A DNA stretch of 64,000 nucleotides, from assembly GCA_027923505.1 (NCBI GenBank), contig BROI01000001.1, forward strand, positions 2,604,001 to 2,668,000, in the 5' to 3' direction. The translations under genes were made by a program, and so were the position numbers. Under the pieces are notes generated by a model. The model had not been told where the DNA came from. It saw nothing but the letters and a program-made list of their open reading frames with translations, and made no database searches. Positions 46,992 through 58,387 of the stretch are shown here, piece after piece (the stretch's first letter is position 1; every line of letters starts with the position of its first letter). The DNA is from Mayamaea pseudoterrestris. Taxonomy: Eukaryota.

Positions 46992-49900
46992 ATGGAGAAC
47001 GAGGAGAAGGTAGTAATAGAAGATTTGGATGCGGAGAATGAGGCCATTACAATGGAAGCAGTGGACATGACGGAGGCTTCGAAGCAGACAATTGCCTCCG
47101 ATGCTGCAGCAAACATGGAGACGGAAGCAGAGACGTTGACTGTAGAGACTCAGCAAGCTGATAAAAATGTAAAGGACAGTAGCATGGGCGACTCTATAAT
47201 GACGCTGGAGATTTCGCAAGACGTCATTTCCTCGCCTGCTGCGATCACACCTCCTTCATCTGCTTCCGAGGCGGCCAAATCATCCGCACCCTCGCCTCGT
47301 CCCTACATTCTATCCATGACGCAAGATTCGCTGCATTCCATTGCTTCATTCCTGACTCCATTGGATTGGTGCCGCTTCGGTCAGACGAACAAGGCAGCCT
47401 TGAAGCTTTGCAACGAAACAACTCGAAGCGTTCGCTTGCATGGCTTTCGATGTGCGCAGGAGATTGTCGCGTCGTGGAAGCTGGGACAGCATGAGGATGC
47501 CAAGGAACTAGCGGCGTTATATATTGCAAATGGTGTCCCTATATATCCCTCGAGTTTGGGACATTCGTATCATACAATCTTGTGGAGAATGGAAGCAGAA
47601 ACAAAGCAGTTGCTGCAGCAGGAGGAAGTGGAAAGGGAGCGCGAGCAATCCGAAGGAGTAGATGCAACAGTTCGAGAATCGAGCGTTGATAGATTTTATC
47701 GCGAACGGCAGGAGTTTCGGTCGCGAGAAAATTTCAGACATTGTATGAGCTACCTTTCGGAGAAGTGCCTCTTTTGGATGGATGCCAGGGAAAACAAGGA
47801 CCATGCAAATAGACCGACTCGGCTGGTTGCGAATTCTCTACAAAATCAGGCTACAGCTCGCGCTCATCAATCTACTGCGTCAAGGAATACAGAGTCGATC
47901 GTCGTCAATGCGACCAAAAAGAGGGATTTTCGGCCCAAGCTGCATGTCAAGATTCACCAGCACTTGCTCGATCAACACAAGCACAACAGGAAATGGATCA
48001 ATGATTCGAACGGCTCCATGATGACGCCACCCATTAGCTTGTCGGCTGACTTTTTTCATTCAACGAACCCAACGCACCAGTCTGGTCCGCTAAACATTAC
48101 ATTGCCGGAGGAGGAGAGACCTAAAGCTTTAGTGAGCAGAGATAGCTTTGATGATTCCATTAGCATTGCCTTTTTGAATGAGATGCAAGTCGTTTTAGAT
48201 GACGAAGAAGCTGACGTTGACGGGCTTGGTGAACTGGAAAACATTCTTCGCTTGGGGCCGGAAGATTTCTTGATGCAAGGCCTCCCATTACGACAGCCTG
48301 TCATTCCGCCCAAGAGTATTCCGAGAGCACAGCTTAATGACGTTCTGTCTCGCGTGAATTTGGAGCTTTACTCTTCTTGTTGGACTGCGTCGGCAAAGAA
48401 GGATGAACCGGAAGGTGTGCAGGAGATGAAGCGCCATTTGCGCTCAAGGTTTGCCACGTACAAACGTCGCCTCGAGTCATACTTGGTGCAGAAGGACTTG
48501 GTCTCGTTTGATGAGTGCATTATGGATTTTTGGGACGAGTTCTTTCCTCACTCGGCTGGCGTGCATTACTACGATCGAATGACAGTTGTTCCCCGTATTT
48601 CGGGCCTTGCCAAGTTTTTGACCAAGCCGGTTCCCAAGGCCTTTGGCATAATCCAGTGTGAAATTGAGCGCATCGTTTCAACCACGGGCAAAGGCGCAAG
48701 TATGAAAGGACGGTTCTTTCCAACATACGAGTATCGTCTATTTATTCGCCATGCTTCCTCTCAGCCCGATCCTGAGACTGCTGCGGACGAAGAACCTCGC
48801 ATCCGTCGTGACACGTTGTTAATGGTCGCTAAGAATCGCGGTCGAAAGCACACTGAGGCTTCTGTAGTATCCATGTCTGCGGCAGCGAAAAAGGGTTCTA
48901 ATAACTACTATCTCTACATGCCGCAGCAATCAGACGTCGATACACACTTCAACATTGTTAATAAGTTGGAGCGTCCTGCCATGATGAACCCTAATGGCGC
49001 CAGTCAACTACCCGTGATACTATCCGACGATTTCTATTCTTCGCTTCTTGGTCGACTGCAGAGCAATTTCATTGGAACAGAGTTTCAGATTTTCACCCCG
49101 CACGTATCAAAGCGGCCTCGCCGAGTGTCGTATGAATATTCATCTTTTGCACCTTGTTCAGAGGACGAGCTTGAGTCCGACGATGGGTTTTCCAGCGATA
49201 ATACATCCACCACAGCTCGCCGACCACGATTTGGTCGACTGTCGCTTCGAAGAAACACCTCTGGCAGCAGTTTGACTCCGTTTGTCGACGGCTCGTTGCC
49301 TGTTGCAACTGATGCAAATGCGACGCGCGCGCATCGAGCCAGAAGCCCGCCACTAAAGGAGCGCGTTTCAAGGCATCGACGGTCAAACTCATGTCCTGAT
49401 GTCCCATATCCACGACAGGTCAGAACAAACCGGCGAGTCGCGAATAACCCTGATTGGAAAACGGAAGAGAAGAAAATGTTTATTCTCGAAGAGGAGGATG
49501 GATGCATTACTTACACTGCAAATTTGCTCGGAAGTCGGCCGCGCATCATGGATGTTTGTATTCCGAAGATCCATCCCGAAGCGAACCAATGCATCGAATG
49601 GAAGCGGTATCTCGAGCAATGCGATGATTTAGATGAGTGTAAAATGCTCGACTGCTTTCGCCAGATGCAGCAACGTCTGGAGAACCCGAGTCAAGGAATC
49701 GAGGAGGGTGAAGCGGATGGCGATTCGGATGCTGGCGCCAAAAGCGCTCCTGAAGACTTTGGGCTGATGCCCCTACAGAACCGTCCACCCTGGTGGAATG
49801 TGGAGCTTGGCTCGTTCGTTCTCAATTTCGGTGGGCGCGTTAGTGTTGCGTCGGTGAAGAACTTTCAGCTTTGCGACAGAAATGATCATGATCAGATTTT

Positions 49901-50024
49901 GCTACAATTTGGCAGGATCCAAGGTCGTCACTCTTTTACCATGGATTTTCAGCATCCTTTGACGGCAGTTCAAGCCTTTTCCATTGCCATTTCTTCTCTG
50001 CAGTCGAAGATTTCCTTTGCCTAA
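46992..50024 (+). CDS. Tubby-like protein with N-terminal F-box-like motif
   Basis: Tub domain (GRLQSNFIGTEF, YTANLLGSRPRIM, LNFGGRVSVASVKNFQL, LQFGR, FTMDFQHPLTAVQAFSIAISS); F-box-like segment ILSMTQDSLHSIASFLTPLDWCRFGQTNK. Confidence 0.88.
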   Translation: MENEEKVVIEDLDAENEAITMEAVDMTEASKQTIASDAAANMETEAETLTVETQQADKNVKDSSMGDSIMTLEISQDVISSPAAITPPSSASEAAKSSAPSPRPYILSMTQDSLHSIASFLTPLDWCRFGQTNKAALKLCNETTRSVRLHGFRCAQEIVASWKLGQHEDAKELAALYIANGVPIYPSSLGHSYHTILWRMEAETKQLLQQEEVEREREQSEGVDATVRESSVDRFYRERQEFRSRENFRHCMSYLSEKCLFWMDARENKDHANRPTRLVANSLQNQATARAHQSTASRNTESIVVNATKKRDFRPKLHVKIHQHLLDQHKHNRKWINDSNGSMMTPPISLSADFFHSTNPTHQSGPLNITLPEEERPKALVSRDSFDDSISIAFLNEMQVVLDDEEADVDGLGELENILRLGPEDFLMQGLPLRQPVIPPKSIPRAQLNDVLSRVNLELYSSCWTASAKKDEPEGVQEMKRHLRSRFATYKRRLESYLVQKDLVSFDECIMDFWDEFFPHSAGVHYYDRMTVVPRISGLAKFLTKPVPKAFGIIQCEIERIVSTTGKGASMKGRFFPTYEYRLFIRHASSQPDPETAADEEPRIRRDTLLMVAKNRGRKHTEASVVSMSAAAKKGSNNYYLYMPQQSDVDTHFNIVNKLERPAMMNPNGASQLPVILSDDFYSSLLGRLQSNFIGTEFQIFTPHVSKRPRRVSYEYSSFAPCSEDELESDDGFSSDNTSTTARRPRFGRLSLRRNTSGSSLTPFVDGSLPVATDANATRAHRARSPPLKERVSRHRRSNSCPDVPYPRQVRTNRRVANNPDWKTEEKKMFILEEEDGCITYTANLLGSRPRIMDVCIPKIHPEANQCIEWKRYLEQCDDLDECKMLDCFRQMQQRLENPSQGIEEGEADGDSDAGAKSAPEDFGLMPLQNRPPWWNVELGSFVLNFGGRVSVASVKNFQLCDRNDHDQILLQFGRIQGRHSFTMDFQHPLTAVQAFSIAISSLQSKISFA

Positions 50025-50261
50025 GCGAACATAACAAGCCATCAATAACAACGATATTTAAACAGGACGCTGTGAAATATTACTGGTAGCTATTGGCTAT
50101 TCCACGGATGGCGGCTGCCAGCTGCAATTCGGCGATAACGAGCGAATACCGGTACGATTTTTATCATGATCCAACGGATAATTTATTTTTTGATCGATTC
50201 GTCATCGCTATTTATATGATTGATGCTCCGCTTTCTCTTCCAATAAACTGTTACATACACC

Positions 50262-51455
50262 ATGAACGAATCAGAAGTACTTCAAGACCTATTAAAAGAA
50301 GTAGAAGCTTCAAAGCGATTGAGTACGTCTGCAGAGGCTCTATTGGGCAATTGGGTTGCGCCTAATGCATGAGCTGGATGTGAATGAAGACAGAAACGCG
50401 GTCTAACATGGATTGTTTCTTACAATTACTCAGCCGTGACGAACAAGGACGACAATGACAAAATAGTCAAGCGACTTGAAGGAGAAATTGAAGATTTGAA
50501 GAGGTCGAATGACAGTCTCTCGCGCACTTTAAATGCCTTCATTACGCAAACAATGCCGTTGAATCGCATCAACGACTTCGAAATCCCCAGTGAATCGGAT
50601 GTACTGTCATTGAACGTCGGAGGAACAAAAATGGAGGTTCTTCGCAGGACGTTAACGTCTATTCCTAGCTTGTTGGAGACCAAATTTAGTGGACAATGGG
50701 ACAAAAACCTTCCCAAGGATTCGAAGAATCGTTTTTTACTCGAGGAGGAACCGGAAATTTTCATCGCCCTTATTAACTACTTGCGCGACCATAATCGAAT
50801 GCTTCCATCGGGATCGCAATGCCCTAAGTTGCCTTCGTTTGCAACGGACGACAAGTCACAAAAATTCATACGCATGGTCGAAGATTACGATCTTGCATAC
50901 CACTGTTGGCCGTTCGATATGCTCAGATTCGGCCCCCAAGGTGTCTTATCTACAGTCAAAAATTCAATGCACACACGTATTGTCCAACAAGAAGGCTGTT
51001 CGTACTACATGTTGCAACGAAAACGTCCAGATAATCGCCGCGTTCACTCCTTCGAAACGCAAGTGCATTTGACAGATAATTGCGTCTGGATAAAGATCGG
51101 CTGGATGAAGTATGGCATCGACAAAGTCACCGGAGCTATGTCACAAGGAAGTGAAATATACCTTGATGTCTATGAGTCGATGATAGCAACAATAGATATG
51201 GAATCCGATGGTCCGTGGCCAACAGAACTGGAGGCGAAAATTAACGTGCCCGAAGCGGCCAATCTCACAATACGTTGCGCCAATCGAGGAGCGGAATGGT
51301 ACATCAATGGCGAACTGGTGGCAGAGACGACTGGTCGCATGAGCGCACTATCGTCTGGAGAGCAGGATGGCGAGTTTGGCTGGCATCCTTTCATGTGCTT
51401 TGAAGGCACAATGAGCTTTCGCCTCATTCAAATGGAGCTTGAATACATCGAATAG
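50262..51455 (+). CDS. KCTD-type BTB/POZ domain protein. Exons 50262-50322, 50434-51455
   Basis: LSLNVGGTKMEVLRRTLTSIPSLLETKFSGQWD...FIALINYLRD; upstream exon joins in phase via GTACGT...CAG. Confidence 0.8.
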
Positions 51456-53149
51456 GCTCGCCGTGATAGTGTCAGTTTTAACGAAACGACAATGAGTACT
51501 GCTGGATTTTATAATAAACTTTACTCGACAAGTTCAAACAAATGGTTTAAAAGCAATCGTGCGTACTATATATTAAATTGGTGGACCTACGTTGCTGTAC
51601 AGAGTTCAGCTCTAGGCGGCACAGCGACAGTATCCAGTTCGGCGTGACGAATCGTAAAGTAGTGAGAGTCAGAAAACCATGCGCTTGTACTCCGCCGGTT
51701 GGCATTGTTTTGTGATGGATCGATGCCCAAGCGACAACGTTCGTTTGACCCAAGTGAGTGACGAACCTTCAGTAGATTCACTGCGCTGTCTTGCAGTCAT
51801 GGTTGGTTAAGCATCGCAAAACTGGCCTCTCGAGCGTTCAACATTTCACTTTGAAGGCGGACGACATCGAAATCAATGTCGCCAAATCTCTCTCATTAAA
51901 GCGGGTCACTCAAGGTATACACACCATCACCATACACGGATCCACGTTAGTTCAAGTCAATGTTGGATTTCTTGCAATCGGCCAAAGTTAAAAGACCGTG
52001 CATTCGAATGTGATCAGCATTTTGCAAGCAAGTATAGTGATAACCGATGCATCGGTGCGTTTTAATGTGTTGGTTCGCTTGAATTATCGTTGGCGCTTCG
52101 ATATTGCTTCCATCATTGTTACAAGATCGTCCAACGCAATGACCGATATACCAGAATTCGAAATGCCCAACGAGCGCGACAGTTTGTTGGACTCTCCAGC
52201 AATTACTGAACAACTAGAAACGCTCTTTCTGCTATTGTCGCCATCAGTCTGAGATGAAGGTCTTTCGGGTAGTCTCGCGTCGAGGCTGCACTTGCGTGAA
52301 TCTGCTGCGAGGCAGACGCCACCTTGCCATTAACTTCGTCGTCATCGTCAGTTTCGTCCGCAACGAAAATGCAATCTTGCTCGTCGTTTATAACAATTTG
52401 AAGCTTTTCGGGCGCTAACGTATCGCAGTCCTTGGCAAGCTGCCTATAAGATAGTGATTGCTGTCTCATGTCAGCCCCAACTAGGCTACGTTAATCGGCG
52501 ATTGCACAGATTAAGCATGGCCCACATCGGAAGGGTGTATAGTTGCGTCCCCACTGTCACCTTGGACTTTGAATTCCGTCAAAAAATCGGATGAAATACA
52601 CAATGTTGCTGGCTCCATACCATCTGACTTGATTGTGCATTGCTTGTCGCGTTGGCATTGTGTGGCAATGCCAGAGAACCATCCAAATTAGTTTCATTCA
52701 CGCTTGCCTTCGACTCATTTCCGGCGCCGTTTCTTCGTCCATTATATTCAATCCGCATCCCCTCCGATCAAAACATCTCGAAAGGCTCCAGCAGCATGCC
52801 TTGTCGTTTCGGGTTCGACTAGCTCTTTCAAATCGGCTGAGTGGTTTCAAGAAAAGCCTCCTGACTCGTACGCAAATCATTGTACGACAGATACCCAAAA
52901 AAGTAATTGTCGGCATCGTCATCTTCCGTTTGCGCTTGTTAATCTTGGCCAAGGCTTGCGCCAAATCGAGAGTCTTTGACGAATTGCCCTTCCTGTGCAG
53001 TTGCTGCTGCACGCGTTTAACCAATCGCTTCAGACCTGCCGCGCTTGCGAGACTGGCTCCTCGTCGAGTTTTCTTCGTATTCTTGCGTTTAATGGTTTAC
53101 GAAAAGTAGTTGGAACGAAGCTGCGACTGGGGCTGTTTATAAATGAGGA

Positions 53150-54403
53150 TTGGTTGTCGATGCGGCAAATGGAGTAAACATTGTCGCCATCGGCCCCTGC
53201 AATGTACTTTTACGCGAACAAGCAAAGTTCCTGGCGGAAAGAATCTGCTGCAAGAAATCTTCTCTGGCTAATTGTTTGATTGTGAGCTCATTTCGTCGTC
53301 GTTTGAAGAAAGCGACACGAAGATGGCGTGATGTGCAGCAGTGTTTTAAGTCTCGCAGTCGGGTGGATATGGCGATGGCTTTTCTGCGAATCGCAGCTAA
53401 TAGCAATTATCTCCCCAGAAGCTTCCAAAAGAATATAGAGCGAGTAGATAAGCTAGCGCTGCTGGTGATCGTTTTCCACCATGGTCGTTTGACGAGCGAA
53501 ATAATGGACGAAGCACAGCACACCGCTGTGATGCTCGCGAAAAGCAGCACGCTTGAAAACGACCGATAATGGTCTGAGCGGTACTCATGTTCCGCCTTGC
53601 GCGGAAAACGGATCCACAAAACCCTTGCAACATCGTCGGCCATGACGATGCTTCCGTTCATCAGCAAGTTCCAACATGATCTGTTATAAAACTACTTTGA
53701 AAGTGGAAGAAGCTGAATAAGTCGCAAACATTGGAAACCGCCCGCTTCGTGGTGCAACCCGTTGCCTGGTGCCAGAATTGCGTCGGCAGGTCGCTCATCA
53801 ATTCACAATTATCCTTCAACTGCATCATTATACATGATAAGTAGCATGTCTGGCATTGTCGGAAAGATAAAGATTGCTTCGATTGATGTGACTCAGGATC
53901 AGGTGCTGCAAGTGCTTTGCAATGCATGTCGCCATGAAGAATTCGACACGTTCTGGACGAGCATTGGTATCGAACCATCCAGCATTAAGAATCATTTGGT
54001 ATTCAAATTGAACGAGGCACCAAGTGAATCTTTGTCAGGTTTCGTGGAACAAACGCATGTTACGATGGCGCATCGATCTCGCTGCTCTCAGAAACGTTTG
54101 CGAGAGCTGTTTAAACCGTTCATTGGAAGCATCGTTACAGTGACGGCGTCGGCGTTGCTGTGGAGCCATCGAGTCGCTGCCTTGTCCATTAAACTACCCG
54201 ATCATGATCATGGCACATTGCCAGCCTGTCAAAACGCGTTTCCTCATATCACCGTGTGGCTCGCTGACGGTGCTAAAGCCCAAGACTCGAACGAATTGCC
54301 AATCTTGGTGGAGAATGGTTTGGCCACGCGAGTTGACTTTAAAAAGGTCATGGTACTAGAAGGAGTTATCAGTCTTTGGAGAAACGAAGGCGAAAGTGAA
54401 TAA
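53150..54403 (+). pseudogene. Decayed tRNA-ligase-like polynucleotide kinase plus intact 2H cyclic phosphodiesterase domain (open frame 53834-54403)
   Basis: Two HxT motifs (THVTMAH, FPHITVW...AQDSNEL) typical of the Trl1/plant RNA ligase CPD domain. Upstream lies a degenerate P-loop (ICCKKSSL) with stops and frame breaks at ~53570-53720. Confidence 0.55.
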
Positions 54404-54996
54404 GCTACTTGAAGGACACTCTTTCATTGACTGTGAAGCTTTTGTCGACAGCGACAATCGCATCGCAGGGCCTCATTCGCACGCCTGTATCAACACTTAC
54501 TGAGTACACACTATCTTAGCTCTATACCTATTTGTTACAACTTATACTACCATATACACATCTAAGGATAAATAAGTAGAGAAGGTTGCTGCCACGTGCA
54601 AGTAGACTGTTGCGTGACGCCTTCGCCACAAACGTGACTCATTTTCAAGTCACGGGCTAGTTGTTCGCCGTTTTTTCATTGGATTCGAAGCGCGCGCCTG
54701 CCACGCGCGCCGCCCTTGGCAAGACTCACCAAAGTCGAGGTCGGTTCACCATGACACTGGGCGCGCGAGGCTGAAACGGTCCAAGGAAACGTTGCAAAAG
54801 TGTGTTCACGAGCTACTAGTAGGGGCTCTTGGAGGCTGCCGTAGTACTGTTGAGGGAATAGATTGCGCATTCGTATCGAGCGCCGCAGCAACAATTGCAC
54901 CATTGGACGATCGTTACTGCTTGCTAATTGAGAATTTGGGAGACTCGACAATCAGCGACGACAAGCAATTAACAAAGTGACACATTAAAAGAAAAG

Positions 54997-56941
54997 ATGA
55001 CGTACGATACACCATTCTCGTTTCACTGCATGATTTGCTTCGAAGAGGTACGTCTTTTGCGAAGAAAGAATTCGCAGCCGTCACAATTTCGTTTCGCATT
55101 CCCTCTTCTTGTATTTAGCATTCACGTTTGCATTCGCTCGCATTGCACAGTTCCATCCAGAGGATCGTTACCCCGTCGTTCTTCCCTGCGGCCATACATA
55201 CGTTTGCAGCGTTTGCGCGAACCGACTCGATCGTTGCATGGAGTGCCGCACTCCCTTGTATACCATCACCAAGCCAGCTGTAAAGAGCCTCAATGAGTCG
55301 ATTGCCTCATCGAGCAACTCCGACTTGCCATCATGGTACAAACCACGAAACGCGCAGGCGCACTCGCGCAACGTGCACCAATCAGCAGCAGCAGGCGACT
55401 CTTCTCCCCGCGCCGAGGCCGTGACGAACAAGAAGAGAGTGTCGCTGCCAAAGAATGTGGTTCTCTTGAGCCTAATGGAAGCCACCGAGCTTGCATCCGA
55501 GCAGGTGAACAAGGCGTCGGGCGGCTCGCCCCGCGGAGTATCACATGATTCTGAACGACCTTCCATGGTGCTGCCAATGAATTCCATGATTGATATTGAG
55601 GACGATGAGGAGGAAAAAATTAAAGTGTCAACATCGATCGCCGTTGGAGCGGCGGGGACTTACGCCGTGGCGCACAAGGACGGGTTGCAGATTCATCCGA
55701 CGCGACCAACGGAGAGTAACCGCGCCATGCTTAACGATTTTTCGAATAGTAGCGGACATGATGAAGACGTTGATACCATTGTCAAGTCGCTGGACAGGAA
55801 AAAGGGAAAGTCGCCGTCCCCAACAAAGCACAAGAGTCCCATGCACAGTCCTTGGACGCCGGATGGCAGCAACTTTGAATCGGGAGTCCTTTCGCTGTCG
55901 TATGGTGATCGAGTGCAAGTCGTTGCGTTGGAGGGAGGATGGGCCAAGTTGGCGCGAGGTTATGGCTATGTTCGAGTGGATAAGAATCAGCTTGTCAAAG
56001 GTGAGTTATGGTTTTTCTGTAACACTATTCTGAATGAGTCGTGGACACTATCAGATTAATTTTTTCCTTGATCTGTTAATGCAGTTGGAAGCGCCGTTGA
56101 TCGATCATGCAGACTGGAAGCCATGCTTCGAGACTTGTCGCGTCGACGAAAGGAACTAAGGCAGGAACAGACGCAGATTGACAATCAATTCATCCATCTC
56201 ATGAATGATTTGGAAATGTCGTTGCACAATGACGAAGATCTTACAGTAATTTTGGCGGATACATTTAGCTTACCGCCAAAGGAAATTTTCGAGGCGGAAA
56301 AGAAGGAAGATTCACCAGCCATGCCGACGAGAGTCAGCGTGGAAGCCCCTGACGACATTGTCAAACCTAAACGAAGGTCACAACAAGACGAAACTGCAGT
56401 TTGTCGACCAAAGAGTAGCTTTGTTTGTTTCGCCGGAGACATGTTTTCCGGTGGCTGCGACGGCGAAGCCCCTTGTACGAGCACTCCGACGGGAACGCGC
56501 GCGGACCTTCGAGAATCGGTGTCGCACTCATCACTGCATTCGTCTAGCTACAGTCCGACTCATGCGAATCTGTTTCCATCGGCATCACATCCATCTCCCA
56601 GCGCTTTGAGAGCTGGAGCACAAGCCTGGAGAGAGCGCAATGGACAGGACGCGCGAACAAGCGTCGACTTTCGAACTGGCCTCAGCGGGCACTCGGCGCT
56701 GATGAGTACGCATCCGCACATTGAACCTCAAGGTTCCATGGGCGGAGGCGGTGGAGCGAGTGTCACTTCTGCAGGCTGGACGGGAGGACTTCCCAAGATG
56801 AGCAGTCACACGGGGCTGTCCATGACGTCCAAGTCCAAGCCATTTTACTCTGGCATATTGGCGTCATTGACGCTGCCGTCCTTTTCGGGTCCTTCCGATG
56901 GTGACGGACGATCAGACATTGCGCGCACCGGGTCCATGTAA
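54997..56941 (+). CDS. C3HC4 RING-finger protein with SH3b-like domain. Exons 54997-55047, 55151-56000, 56085-56941
   Basis: CMICFEE|F...PVVLPCGHTYVCSVC...CMECR; LSYGDRVQVVALEGGWAKLARGYGYV. Confidence 0.82.
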
Positions 56942-57092
56942 CAGAAACAAGGGGAATAGTGGTTGGAGTTTGTGGTAAACATTTTTGCATGAAAAAAGAT
57001 AGTACATTTTAACGGGAATAAATAGTGTTGTCGTCGCCCATAGCTGTTTACTATTATGGACAACCAACCAATGCAGAGTTGCCTTGTCGTAA

Positions 57093-58183
57093 CTATTCTT
57101 GTTCTGGCTGCTTCGCCTGAGCATCAACTGTGCTTACCTGCAACCACTTGCCATCCAAATCCGCCTTCCAGAGCGTCACATCCGAATCTCCCGAGCTCAC
57201 GGCCAGCAAATGACCCGTAACGCTCCAACTCACTCTCCAAACAGGAGCATCAAACTCGTGCAAAAGTGTCGCCTTCCATTCCGCGTCAGCACCTCCCTCC
57301 TGCGTCCAAATCAACACGGTGCAATCCTCCGAGCAGCTCGCCACCACATTATGATTCTGCATCAATACTGGCGCCCAGGCAACATCCCGCACCCAGTCGG
57401 AATGCGTCAGCGTCGTTGACACCGGGCTTGGATCAGGCTGCCACTGCCCGTCCGCTGGATTTTGTTGCCAAAAGCGAATCATGTTGTTGCAACCCGCCGT
57501 CACCAAGCGCGCCGCCTCGGGCGCATCCGGCGCACTCACGTCATAGTACGCGTTATGCGGCGCCCAGCTCAACGCGTTGACTCCCATGCGACAGTCCTGC
57601 AGATACGTGACGGACCACGTGTTGTTCGTCTCATGCGTCAAGATGGAAACACGTCCATCACTCGACGCCGCCGCCACCACTAACCCAAACTCGTGCGGCG
57701 CAAAGGCAATACCATTGACGGACGACTCGTGCAAACTCCGCGCCGCATGCAGCAACGTCCACTCGCGGGGCCGCTGCTCGCGGTGAATCAGGACGCTGCC
57801 GTCGAACGAGGCCGAGGCCAGCAGGACGCCAAAGGAGGGGTGCGCCCAGGACACCATCCAGACGGGGCCTTCGTGGCCGGTCAGTGTCGCGGAGAGTTCG
57901 TAGGAGCTTTCAAAGACGTTGTAGACTTTAATGGTGCGGTCTAGTTTGTGTATGTGCAATAGTGTGAAGTGGTTATAGGAGCGAGTAAGCAATGAAATAT
58001 AATATTTCGCATCACAATTCACTGTTTCACTACTCTGTTTCATCACTCACCCGACGAGCAAGTCGCTAGCTTGGATCCATAGTAGTCAAGCTGCGCGTCA
58101 TGCACCAAGTCTTCATGCTGCGTGTCCACGTAAATGGGGCCTAACGCCGAAGAAGCAGGCGTTGCGGTGGTAGTAGTCGCCAT
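57093..58183 (-). CDS. SEC13: COPII/nuclear pore WD40 protein SEC13. Exons 58183-58051, 57940-57093
   Basis: [54 protein letters not shown] and VWRVSWSVTG. Confidence 0.95.
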
Positions 58184-58387
58184 GGTGAACTTGTGTGTGC
58201 GATTCGCGTCTCGCAGAGTTGAGGTAATCATGAAAACTCTAAGTAAGACGGAGTTTTCATTCGCGCTACGACAGCACATTTTATGAGTCGCTCTTGCGAT
58301 CGCGTGTTTCTTCGTTCCATCAGAAGCGTTTACCAAAGGTCATCGCTAATCTTCGTTCCTCTACACTCGTCGCTCGTTCAAATCATC

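Noticed and set aside
51550..52470. Short ORFs on both strands between the BTB gene and the 2H region
   Set aside because: I could not build a coherent spliced model or recognise a motif; possibly decayed coding DNA.
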